DNA from: an uncultured virus (IMG/VR IMGVR_UViG_3300042516_003420)
Taxonomy: Duplodnaviria; Heunggongvirae; Uroviricota; Caudoviricetes
Reading direction: 5' to 3' (one strand)
DNA: 21,085 bases
Virus record (IMG/VR): IMGVR_UViG_3300042516_003420
The notes below the pieces were generated by a model. The model worked only from the letters and a program-made list of their open reading frames with translations, made no database searches and was not told the DNA's origin. A program made the position numbers and the translations under genes. Of this stretch, positions 1 to 8,071 are shown one piece after another; position 1 is the stretch's first letter; every line of letters starts with the position of its first letter.

Positions 1-1389
1 AGTGCTTTAGCTGCCAATGCAACAGGTACCAGTAATGTTGCCATAGGCGTAAACGCCCTTACTGCTCATACAACAAGTAATACTGTTGCCGTAGGCGTCA
101 GTGGTCTTGCATCGAATACCACGGGCGTAGGCAATACTGCAGTAGGTTACGTTGCGCTTTTTGCCAACACAACAGGCATAGGTAATACTGCATTAGGTTT
201 CAGTGCGCTTCAAAACAGTACAGCAGGAACTGCCAATACTGCTCTTGGATCTAATGCACTTCGTCAAGCAACAACAGGAAACAATAACACTGCAGTTGGC
301 TCCAGTGGTCTTACTTTAAATACAACAGGATCAAACAATGTTGCCGTAGGTGCTAGTGGTCTTGCTTCTAATACAGCGGGTCTCAATAATACTGCCATTG
401 GTACTAATGCGCTTGCTGCTAATACAACAGCTAGCGGGAATGTTGCTATTGGTTTTAACGCTCTTGATGTAAATACAGTAGGCTCAATTAATGTTGCTAT
501 AGGTGTTAATGCACTTGGAAGCTCTACAACAGGATCTGGTAATACTGCAGTTGGTGCCAGTGCATTGCTTTCCAATACAACAGGTGTCAATAATATTGCC
601 ATCGGCGTCAGTGGACTTGCTTCTAACACAATAGGAACGGGCAATATTGCAGTCGGCTCAAGCGCTTTAGCTGTTAATACAACAGGCGTTCACAATACTG
701 CTGTAGGTCAGCAAGCTTTATTTACTAATACAACAGGTGTTAATAATGTTGCAGTTGGTCGGGATGCTTTAAATGCTAATATAACAGGCGCTTCTAATGT
801 TGCAGTTGGTTCTAGTGCGCTTCAAAACAATACGGCAGGTAATCAAAACGTCGCAGTTGGTCGACAAACGTTATTATCAAACACCACTGCAACAGGAAAT
901 ACCGCGCTTGGACATTCTGCTGGTTCGGGTCTTACTACAGGCGTTAATAACACCTGTATTGGTAACGAAGCCCAGGCTTCTGCGGCAACTGTTACTGGTG
1001 AGTTTACACTTGGTAATGCTGACGTTGTCAACCTTCGTTGTGCTGATACGACAATTTCAACACTGTCGGACCAGCGGGATAAAACCAACATTAAGGATCT
1101 TCCTTATGGTGTAACCTTCATTAACGCCCTACGTCCAGTGCAGTTTGACTGGGCAACACGCGATGGTTCTCGCAAAGGAAGAAAAGATTTTGGTTTTATT
1201 GCCCAGGAATTAGATGCAGTTGAAACTTCTTTTGGTACAGCCGAATACACACGTTTGGTACATAAGAACAATCCTGATTGCTGGGAAGCTGATCCAATGA
1301 AGACGTATCCAATCTTGATTAAAGCAACGCAGGAACTTGCTAAGCGTTTGAAAGAATTGGAAAATAAAGTATCGGGATTAACGCCGTAA
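1..1389 (+). CDS. Tail fibre/adhesin, 5'-truncated: about 19 tandem 17-aa beta-roll repeats plus C-terminal intramolecular chaperone (Peptidase S74-like)
   Basis: Frame 1 is open from base 1 to TAA at 1387-1389 (the ORF track starts it at an internal TTG). Repeats of the form N(T/V)A(V/I)GxxALxxNTTGxx; C-terminal SDQRDKTNI...LRPVQFDW...GFIAQEL followed by a coiled coil. Confidence 0.9.
   Translation, partial: SALAANATGTSNVAIGVNALTAHTTSNTVAVGVSGLASNTTGVGNTAVGYVALFANTTGIGNTALGFSALQNSTAGTANTALGSNALRQATTGNNNTAVGSSGLTLNTTGSNNVAVGASGLASNTAGLNNTAIGTNALAANTTASGNVAIGFNALDVNTVGSINVAIGVNALGSSTTGSGNTAVGASALLSNTTGVNNIAIGVSGLASNTIGTGNIAVGSSALAVNTTGVHNTAVGQQALFTNTTGVNNVAVGRDALNANITGASNVAVGSSALQNNTAGNQNVAVGRQTLLSNTTATGNTALGHSAGSGLTTGVNNTCIGNEAQASAATVTGEFTLGNADVVNLRCADTTISTLSDQRDKTNIKDLPYGVTFINALRPVQFDWATRDGSRKGRKDFGFIAQELDAVETSFGTAEYTRLVHKNNPDCWEADPMKTYPILIKATQELAKRLKELENKVSGLTP
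34..972 (+). repeat. Degenerate 51-nt (17-codon) coding tandem repeat of the tail fibre
   Basis: Units such as NTAVGYVALFANTTGIG, NVAVGASGLASNTAGLN, NVAVGRDALNANITGAS; recurring aatactgcagttgg / aatgttgc at about 51-nt period. Confidence 0.9.
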
Positions 1390-1405
1390 TGCGTTGAAAC
1401 TGACG

Positions 1406-1411
1406 TATAAT
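1406..1411 (+). promoter_or_regulatory. -10 element TATAAT
   Basis: Perfect TATAAT in the intergenic gap, 23 nt before the ATG at 1435; no -35 hexamer at canonical spacing. Confidence 0.6.
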
Positions 1412-1434
1412 AAAACCATTGACTCTTGCCAACA

Positions 1435-1743
1435 ATGGTTGTACATACCCAGGGCGCTACTAAAGCTCTCTCTAAGGCTATCCCCACCGTTAAAACCAAC
1501 GGTAAAGTCCGTAAGTGGGATCTGACTGTCGTCTACTCCTACGGTGGTTTCAACCGTGATTTCGGCACCGAAGTGGACGTGGAATACCTTGACAAAGAGC
1601 CCGCCGATTTCACCAAAGCTGAACTCCTCGGTTTCTGCAACACCGTGCACTGGGACATGGTGTTCGACAGTATGTACGGCAGCCTCACCACCCCTGCCAC
1701 AGAAAGCAAGGTTGACGACTTTGATATCACCTCCCTGACCTGA
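1435..1743 (+). CDS. Hypothetical acidic protein (102 aa), possibly tail-fibre associated
   Basis: ATG at 1435 (MVVHTQGATK...); strong C-ending codon bias (ttc, tac, aac, acc) suggesting high expression; directly follows the fibre gene. Confidence 0.75.
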   Translation: MVVHTQGATKALSKAIPTVKTNGKVRKWDLTVVYSYGGFNRDFGTEVDVEYLDKEPADFTKAELLGFCNTVHWDMVFDSMYGSLTTPATESKVDDFDITSLT

Positions 1744-1750
1744 TTCCTTC

Positions 1751-2356
1751 ATGGATCGGTTTCGGCAACGTCTCCGGCATCTAGAGCACCCCGTTACGAG
1801 TGTCCTAGATGTCGGGGCTTATCGTGGCGAATTTGCACGGTTAGCTCGCCAGTTATTTCCTGCTGCACGAATTAAATGCATTGAGGGTGACGAAAGGCAA
1901 GCGTCACTCCTCCAGGCATTTGACACAGACTTTTATCTGCTTGGCAAAGAAACCAAGCAGGTGGATTTCTACACCCTTCCAGAGGAGAGCTGAACAACAG
2001 GCAGTTCCATTTATCGCGAGAACACGGTCTACTACACCAATCCCGTGGTGCTCAAAAAATGGATGTACGCACTGGATGATCTAGAGTTCCCACCGTTTGA
2101 TATGATCAAACTTGATGTTCAAGGCGCAGAGCTTGACATCTTGAAAGGCGGCAAACAATATTTTAAACAAACACAGCCACGGTATTTGCTCCTGGAAACA
2201 TCAGTCCAGCAGTACAACCACGGTGCTCCCTTGGCAGGACGTGTTATCGGATATCTGGATAAAAATGGATACTGCTTGCGAGACATCATTGATGTCCTCT
2301 ATGATCAGAACAATCAGTTGCTCCAGGTTGATTTCCTGTTTGAACGTAATGCCTGA
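1751..2356 (+). CDS. FkbM-family SAM-dependent methyltransferase interrupted by an in-frame TGA at 1991-1993
   Basis: Track ORFs 1751..1993 (VLDVGAYRGEF) and 2045..2356 (MIKLDVQGAELDILKGG) share one frame; the linker reads EES*TTGSSIYRENTVYY, giving a normal-length 201-residue FkbM protein. Confidence 0.85.
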
Positions 2357-3272
2357 TCAACCGAAAGGTGGCACAGAAATCCTTGTTGAAACACTAAAAG
2401 AGAATCTGGATTTCTCCGGAATCAACTTGATTGTTTCTGTGTGCAGACCCGAGCTGATCGTTCCAGGTAAGAAGAATATCCTCCTGCAGGAACTGAGTTA
2501 CGATCAAGAAAACGTACAGGGGATGAGAAGCCCTAGCTTCGTTGATAAAATTGACTGTTTTATTTACGACTCTCATTGGTGCTACGAAAAATTCAGAGAA
2601 AAATTCAACGCACCAGCCTGGAAATCAGTCGTCATCAAGAATGCCACGATAGAATTTGAACCAAAGCCAAAGCCCAAGGGCAAGCTCAAGTTGATCTATA
2701 CATCAACACCCTGGCGCGGACTACATGTTTTGTTGCATGCATTTCAACTCCTCAATCGAGATGACATTGAACTAGACGTTTACTCTTCTATCATCATCTA
2801 CGGCACATCTTTTGCTAAGTCTTTGGAAGGAAAATTTGATCAGCTGTTTGCAGAGCTAGAACGCACTCCTGGCATCAACGTCAAAGGGTATGCGCCAAAC
2901 GAAGAGATACGTACCGCTCTTCAAGACGCTCATATCTTTGCTTACCCCAGTGTTTTTGAAGAAACCTCTTGCATCTCCGCAATCGAAGCCATGTGTGCTG
3001 GTTGCCAGGCAGTCGTCACCAACTATGGAGCACTGTTTGAAACCTGTGGTGAATACGCTGATTTCATTGGTTATGACAGCAACCATGAACGATTAGCTCA
3101 AAATTACGCTATTCTTTTGAACAGGGTTATTGACAATTACTGGTCACCAGAAAACCAGCAAAACCTGGCTGACCAGACTGAGTTTTACAACAAGCATTGG
3201 ACATGGCAAAAAAGATTTTCCCAGTGGCAAAGGCTTCTAAGCAACCTCAGAAGCAACCAAAGCGTGTATTGA
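2349..3272 (+). CDS. Glycosyltransferase, GT-B fold (GT4-like)
   Basis: Start MPDQPKGGTE overlaps the FkbM stop; KLIYTSTPWRGL and YPSVFEETSCISAIEAM (E-x7-E) motifs. Confidence 0.88.
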   Translation: MPDQPKGGTEILVETLKENLDFSGINLIVSVCRPELIVPGKKNILLQELSYDQENVQGMRSPSFVDKIDCFIYDSHWCYEKFREKFNAPAWKSVVIKNATIEFEPKPKPKGKLKLIYTSTPWRGLHVLLHAFQLLNRDDIELDVYSSIIIYGTSFAKSLEGKFDQLFAELERTPGINVKGYAPNEEIRTALQDAHIFAYPSVFEETSCISAIEAMCAGCQAVVTNYGALFETCGEYADFIGYDSNHERLAQNYAILLNRVIDNYWSPENQQNLADQTEFYNKHWTWQKRFSQWQRLLSNLRSNQSVY

Positions 3273-3916
3273 TTGGCACCCCTGCACTCGACGGACGTGT
3301 CGATGCCTGGTACAGTTTTGCCATCCATGAGATCACCAAGCTTTGCCAGATGAGGGGCATTGATATCCAAATGCTTCTCTTGTCTTATGAAAGCATCCTC
3401 CCCATGGCACGCAACGAGCTGTTAACCGCTGCCATTAAAAATGATTTTGACAGCCTCATTTTTATTGATTCGGACGTTTTTTGTAACGCCCAATCGTTCC
3501 TAGATGTCATAACTGATGCACGAGATGTAGTAGCTATCCCCACGGTAAAGAAGTCTGATACTGAAAGTTACGATATCTTTTTTGCGGATACACCCAAGCA
3601 AGAAGGGAACTGGGTTAAGGCAGATCGGGTAAGTACCAGCTGTTTAAAGCTAGGTCGGAAAGCCTTGAAAGCATTGGCTGACAACAGCACACTCACTCAA
3701 TTCCGTGGTAAACAACTGTTTAATATTTGTCAGTACGATTTTATTGGTGAGGAGTTTATGGGTGAAGACATTTATCTCTGCGAAAAACTAAAACAACTGG
3801 GCTTTGATATTTGGGTTAACACCACATCGACCTGTATGCATATTGGTCCTAAAGTATATTCAGGAGATTTTAAACGGATATTAGACAATGTCAATCAAAC
3901 TAACGGACGCGGCTAA
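3203..3916 (+). CDS. Glycosyltransferase-like protein, GT-A fold (GT2-like)
   Basis: VLIGTP, ARNELL, LIFIDSD (DxD), GEDIYLC and GFDIWV...HIG motifs. Confidence 0.8.
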   Translation: MAKKIFPVAKASKQPQKQPKRVLIGTPALDGRVDAWYSFAIHEITKLCQMRGIDIQMLLLSYESILPMARNELLTAAIKNDFDSLIFIDSDVFCNAQSFLDVITDARDVVAIPTVKKSDTESYDIFFADTPKQEGNWVKADRVSTSCLKLGRKALKALADNSTLTQFRGKQLFNICQYDFIGEEFMGEDIYLCEKLKQLGFDIWVNTTSTCMHIGPKVYSGDFKRILDNVNQTNGRG

Positions 3917-4994
3917 GTATTACGAAGAATTACCTCATCAGATTGAAGCATGGAATTGGTTGCAGTCCCAGCTTTCTTCTGATGTCCTGGATGAATTTGC
4001 CAAGAAATATCGTAAGACCAAGCCACAAGTAGACAACAATAATTGGGATGGTGTATACGCAGCCGCTAAAGAAGCTGGAGCCGTATTTCCTGAATGCGTT
4101 TGTGCACAGTGGGCCTTAGAGTCAGGTTGGGGAAAACATATGTCAGGTAAAAACAATGTTTTAGGTTTAAAGGGGGGAGGCTCTACTGTTAGCACACAAG
4201 AATTTATTAACGGCAAATGGATAACAATCAAGGATGGGTTTCTTGACTTTCCTGATATTGAAACGTGCATTACGTATTTGGTAGATCGTTGGTACAAGGA
4301 CTATAAAAATTTCAAGGGAGTAAATCGTGCTAAGAATAGAAATGAATGTGCGGAGTTATTGGTAAAAGAGGGTTATGCAACTGACCCAGCGTACAGTACT
4401 AAATTAATCCAGATCTTAGATCAAAAACTTCAACGTCCTGGAGGAGAGCAAAAGGATGTTGTCAATGAAAAGATTTTAAACGTACCATATGAATACCAGC
4501 TCGACAACCAATCTCAGCGGGGTTATCGCGAGTGTTTCTCAAGTACTTGTGCCATGATCGCTGAGTACTATGGAAAGGTGAAGAATGACGATGAATACAA
4601 TAAAATTCGCGCACGTTATGGCGATACCACCGACAAAGATGTTCAAATTGCAGCCTTGAGATCCCTGGGTCTTCAGGCACGTTTTATAACTAACGGTAAT
4701 TATGCGTTATTAGAAAATGAAATTCGCAATGGTCGCCCCGTAGCTGTTGGGTGGCTGCACCAAGGGACCTCAAAGAATCCGTCTGGATTTGGTCACTGGA
4801 CCTGCTGCATTGGATTTACGCCAGATGCGTTTGTCCATAATGACCCCAACGGAGAAGCCGATATGGTCAACGGTGGTTATGTAATCCACAGCAAGTCATC
4901 AGGAAAAGCTGTGCGTTATAGCCGCAAGAATTGGCTTCCTCGCTGGGAATGTGAAGGAAAAAATACAGGCTGGGCAATTTTGGTATCTAAATGA
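3888..4994 (+). CDS. Endolysin: GH73 glucosaminidase-like domain plus C39-like cysteine peptidase domain
   Basis: AQWALESGWG, NNVLGLK and GYATDPAY (GH73); QLDN...RECFSSTCAM, GHW and HNDP (papain-like Cys-His-Asp). Confidence 0.85.
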   Translation: MSIKLTDAAKYYEELPHQIEAWNWLQSQLSSDVLDEFAKKYRKTKPQVDNNNWDGVYAAAKEAGAVFPECVCAQWALESGWGKHMSGKNNVLGLKGGGSTVSTQEFINGKWITIKDGFLDFPDIETCITYLVDRWYKDYKNFKGVNRAKNRNECAELLVKEGYATDPAYSTKLIQILDQKLQRPGGEQKDVVNEKILNVPYEYQLDNQSQRGYRECFSSTCAMIAEYYGKVKNDDEYNKIRARYGDTTDKDVQIAALRSLGLQARFITNGNYALLENEIRNGRPVAVGWLHQGTSKNPSGFGHWTCCIGFTPDAFVHNDPNGEADMVNGGYVIHSKSSGKAVRYSRKNWLPRWECEGKNTGWAILVSK

Positions 4995-5152
4995 AACGCA
5001 ATAAGGAGCCCAAGATCCGGGTGAATATGTGCTGGGAATTAGACAAAGAAAGAAAATGCGCCACCCTAGAAAGGAATGACGCATACAAAACACGAGAATG
5101 GGTTGAAGCTAATAATGGAATCGTGTTTTGGTTCCAGGCGTTGCCAAACTAA
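4991..5152 (+). CDS. Small hypothetical protein (53 aa)
   Basis: Not in the track. ATGA overlap with the endolysin stop; MKRNKEPKIRVNMCWELDKERKCATLERNDAYKTREWVEANNGIVFWFQALPN. Confidence 0.7.
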   Translation: MKRNKEPKIRVNMCWELDKERKCATLERNDAYKTREWVEANNGIVFWFQALPN

Positions 5153-5317
5153 TCAACGTTGCTTGGCACGACCAATCACAAGACCACCGATCTCAATGAT
5201 CTTGTAGAGTTTACGCACAAGTTTGTCGTCCTTTGGGGTAGGTGTTAAGGCACAGATTGCAGAACAAGCTGCGTGGATTGCAAGGGCAACCTCTAAATAC
5301 TCATTAAGTTTGCTCAT
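5153..5317 (-). CDS. Small membrane protein, holin-like (54 aa)
   Basis: Not in the track. MSKLNEYLEVALAIHAACSAICALTPTPKDDKLVRKLYKIIEIGGLVIGRAKQR: hydrophobic helix, TPTPKDD turn, basic C-terminus; TAGAAT 20 nt upstream. Confidence 0.7.
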   Translation of the reverse strand: MSKLNEYLEVALAIHAACSAICALTPTPKDDKLVRKLYKIIEIGGLVIGRAKQR

Positions 5318-5335
5318 GGGTTTATCCCGTTTTCT

Positions 5336-5773
5336 TCATTCTAAAGGTTTTGATCTATAGAAAAAGAAACTTTTACTTTCTTCATAAATATTCCATTTCA
5401 TGTTTTCATGCCTCATAAACCAACGTTTCCAAACTCGAAACTGTTTATCTGCTTTTGCTGACTGACAAAAGAAAGTAATAGAGTCACCGTAAGGGATTTG
5501 CGTTTCCCATTCACGAAGAGTACGCACCGCTAAAGCCTGGAACAGGTTGCCTTCTTTACCTGTCAAATTTATATCCAGGCGGCGGGACCTTTTGTTGTTT
5601 CTTCGATTCAACCAATCGCTCGCTTGTCTGTTTGACCGTGCCACGACCATGCTGGCTAGCCACACACAACCATTCGTGGTCCAAATCCAGGGGATAAGTC
5701 GTACCCTGAGGAATATCCCAGTCGGTAAAGAAATCTTCCCAGTCTTCTTCCGTCGCCTCACTCGGTGGGACAT
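5336..5773 (-). CDS. Hypothetical basic, Trp-rich protein (145 aa)
   Basis: ATG-started ORF that fills the gap up to the holin-like gene. Confidence 0.65.
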   Translation of the reverse strand: MSHRVRRRKKTGKISLPTGIFLRVRLIPWIWTTNGCVWLASMVVARSNRQASDWLNRRNNKRSRRLDINLTGKEGNLFQALAVRTLREWETQIPYGDSITFFCQSAKADKQFRVWKRWFMRHENMKWNIYEESKSFFFYRSKPLE

Positions 5774-5795
5774 GTTTAATTTGTTCTTCAGACAT
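5556..5795 (-). CDS. Hypothetical protein (79 aa) with acidic N-terminus, overlapping the 145-aa ORF out of frame
   Basis: ATG shares a base with the upstream TAA (TAATG coupling); MSEEQIKHVPPSEATEEDWEDFFTDWD. Confidence 0.5.
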   Translation of the reverse strand: MSEEQIKHVPPSEATEEDWEDFFTDWDIPQGTTYPLDLDHEWLCVASQHGRGTVKQTSERLVESKKQQKVPPPGYKFDR

Positions 5796-5929
5796 TAGAG
5801 ATCATAAATGCGACATTCAGGAGCAGATGGGTTTTCCTGGCAATACTTTTGAAAATTAGTCATCTTTACCTTGGGTTTTTTGTTGTATTTAAAAAGATTG
5901 CGTTTTAACCAGAGATAGAGAGAGGTCAT
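5795..5929 (-). CDS. cp12: Truncated CP12-like peptide (44 aa), C-terminal disulfide motif only
   Basis: ATGA overlap with the upstream stop; ends FQKYCQENPSAPECRIYDL, matching the CP12 C-terminal motif (F/Y)CxxNPxAxECRxYD. Confidence 0.7.
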   Translation of the reverse strand: MTSLYLWLKRNLFKYNKKPKVKMTNFQKYCQENPSAPECRIYDL

Positions 5930-6669
5930 GGTTGTGTTGCGTAAGGTACAAGAGCCTCTGGGAAAGGAAGGCCCTGCTGGTGCTCTCGTCTCCATGCTTC
6001 GTCCCATTCTGATAGTGAATGCGTATGTAAATCATTCTGAACGTAATCAGACGTTGTGTCGGCTACAACGTAACTTTGGTCAGTGTTTTCATACAAAAGC
6101 AAGCCGTAATCTTCAAGCAAAATATCAAAGGTTGTTACTGGAAACTCAACAACAAAAGATACTTCATAACTCAGTGGTTCGTTTCGTGTTGTAGAAATAC
6201 AAAGGAGATAACTGCCACGATCAAGTGGATAGTAACGTTGGTCCCCTTTATCTAAACGATTTGCAAAAAATTGATTGTAAAGATTTGACTGTCTATTCAT
6301 TACATGCCCAAGATATGGAAAATAAACATCACCATCAATAATTTCAGGGATACTATCGGTGTCAAAAATAGCTCTGCCTTGTATAGGAGCAAGATTTAAA
6401 TCAAAGGTAGAAACATTGATGTATTCAGGTCTTGGACCCCCCTTGGCAATAATGATCCAAGCAGATGATTCAAGGTCAATACGAAACCAGTGGTTGTATG
6501 TTCCTTGTCCATAGCCTCCATTAGAGCTGGAGTTTGTATCGGCACGCCCAACTACTTTGTTCTGAGGCCCCAAAGCCCCTGTTAATTTTCTAACTGACAA
6601 TTGGCTGAAGGGTCCTAATACAAGAGGATTGTCCTGAGTGCGCTGTCTTTGGGCTTCAGAATTGCGCAT
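5926..6669 (-). CDS. Hypothetical protein (247 aa), possibly virion-associated
   Basis: Likely start MRNSEAQRQ at 6669, because the longer track start lies inside the terminator; beta-rich composition; no motif recognised. Confidence 0.75.
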   Translation of the reverse strand: MRNSEAQRQRTQDNPLVLGPFSQLSVRKLTGALGPQNKVVGRADTNSSSNGGYGQGTYNHWFRIDLESSAWIIIAKGGPRPEYINVSTFDLNLAPIQGRAIFDTDSIPEIIDGDVYFPYLGHVMNRQSNLYNQFFANRLDKGDQRYYPLDRGSYLLCISTTRNEPLSYEVSFVVEFPVTTFDILLEDYGLLLYENTDQSYVVADTTSDYVQNDLHTHSLSEWDEAWRREHQQGLPFPEALVPYATQP

Positions 6670-6731
6670 TATTACAGTTACGTTGATGTACTTATATTTT
6701 ACTCTTCGTTTTTTGTAAATAAACGCCAAAG

Positions 6732-6752
6732 AAAAAGCCCCCATTTGGGGGC
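6732..6752 (-). terminator. Rho-independent terminator after the GT4 gene
   Basis: Minus strand GCCCCC-AAAT-GGGGGC followed by TTTTT. Confidence 0.85.
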
Positions 6753-6769
6753 ATTAACTAAAGCCGGTT

Positions 6770-8014
6770 TTATTTTCCTTTCTTTTTATTGCGAGCTTTA
6801 GGTTTTACAATCATTGCTTTCTTCTCTTGTGTCACGAGTACTTCCTGGAAGACCTCGTCAAACTGAGCAGCAACACTTTCCCATTCAAAACATGGATCCG
6901 TGGCCCGTTGATAACAAGCTTCGGCAACACTATCAAGTTTTTGACGGTCTTCGTACAGTTCCCCAAGGAGTTCTGCAAGGTGATTGTCATCAGGGCAAGG
7001 CATGATGCGGCCAAAGTTGGTGTCCACATCGGCATGCAACGATCTAATTAAGACCCCAAATCCATCAAAGATTTCTTTACATGACGTGTGATCTGGTACT
7101 ACTTGAGCAACACGACATGCCGCGTGTTCAAAGTTGACCAAACCCCAGCCTTCACCTTTGCAAGTATTAACACCAACATCAACTGCGTTATAGATGACGT
7201 TTAGAAGTTCAACATCAACGTTTGGCGGATTAGGATGAGGAGTTGTCATGATGATCCGGTTGTTTGGATCAAGACCTTGACGTTGCATCTCTCGAGCAAA
7301 GAGTGGCATGATGTCCCAGCCCTGATCCTTCAAGCCCATATGAAGGTAGAGCTTTGTATCTGGACGGCCAACTGCAAATTTTGCAAAAGCACTGATCGTT
7401 AAGTCAATACGTTTGCGGAATTGATTTCGGTTTCCGTTGAACACAATGAAATCATCTGGACTCAAGCCCAGCTGTTCACGCGCCTTAAGCTTGTCAATCG
7501 GACGGAACTGACCTGCCGTCACGCCGTGGGGAATGACACTGATTGGTTTTTGGGAACCAGCGGTGATAGTTTCTTGTGCGCCAAATTCCGTGTAGCAAAC
7601 AGCAGCATCCCAATCGTTGAGAGTATCAAGGATTGCGCCATACCAACCATAGGAGTCCATGGGGTAGTAGCCCACGAATTTGAAACCGATGGCTTCGCGT
7701 AAGTCAGCAATACGTTTCCATTGTTCGTTAATGATCCAGATGTCGTTCATCGTGAAGACAACATCAGGACGAATCAACTCAACGATCTCACGAATCCGTT
7801 CTTCCCCAAACGGAGCTTGCTGGAATCGGTTGGAAGCAGGATACATCCTGTACTCTTCCTGGAGCGGGGTGTAATCCCCATGCCAGTTGCAGCCCAGGAC
7901 ATGAATTTCGTATTTATCTTTCAGATTACTCAGCACATTCTCTGTAACACGCGCAAAGCCGGTCATGGCAACGATGTCACCAATCCAGAGAAGTTTAGGC
8001 TTGTTCTCAGTCAT
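6770..8014 (-). CDS. Glycosyltransferase family 4 (GT-B)
   Basis: TGFARVT, VIPHGV, NRNQFRKRID and KGEGWGLVNFEHAAC (E-x7-E). Confidence 0.9.
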   Translation of the reverse strand: MTENKPKLLWIGDIVAMTGFARVTENVLSNLKDKYEIHVLGCNWHGDYTPLQEEYRMYPASNRFQQAPFGEERIREIVELIRPDVVFTMNDIWIINEQWKRIADLREAIGFKFVGYYPMDSYGWYGAILDTLNDWDAAVCYTEFGAQETITAGSQKPISVIPHGVTAGQFRPIDKLKAREQLGLSPDDFIVFNGNRNQFRKRIDLTISAFAKFAVGRPDTKLYLHMGLKDQGWDIMPLFAREMQRQGLDPNNRIIMTTPHPNPPNVDVELLNVIYNAVDVGVNTCKGEGWGLVNFEHAACRVAQVVPDHTSCKEIFDGFGVLIRSLHADVDTNFGRIMPCPDDNHLAELLGELYEDRQKLDSVAEACYQRATDPCFEWESVAAQFDEVFQEVLVTQEKKAMIVKPKARNKKKGK

Positions 8015-8071
8015 TACTTACAAATTGACTGAAATTAGTATACTTATTTTCCCGCAAACAAAGTAAGAAAG

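Noticed and set aside
34..972. CRISPR array or DGR-like repeats
   Set aside because: The repeats are degenerate in-frame coding units without unique spacers, and no reverse transcriptase is present.
264..1499. Antisense and off-frame ORFs over the tail fibre (264..644, 797..1114, 843..1091, 1104..1499)
   Set aside because: Shadows of the repetitive fibre coding frame.
1991..1993. Genome-wide TGA reassignment (genetic code 4 or 25)
   Set aside because: TGA ends many genes here, often in ATGA overlaps with the next start (4991-4994, 5926-5929, 12020-12023, 13897-13900), and Trp is encoded by TGG.
5336..5795. Nested Rz/Rz1 spanin pair near the lysin
   Set aside because: Neither ORF has an N-terminal TM helix or a lipobox signal peptide.
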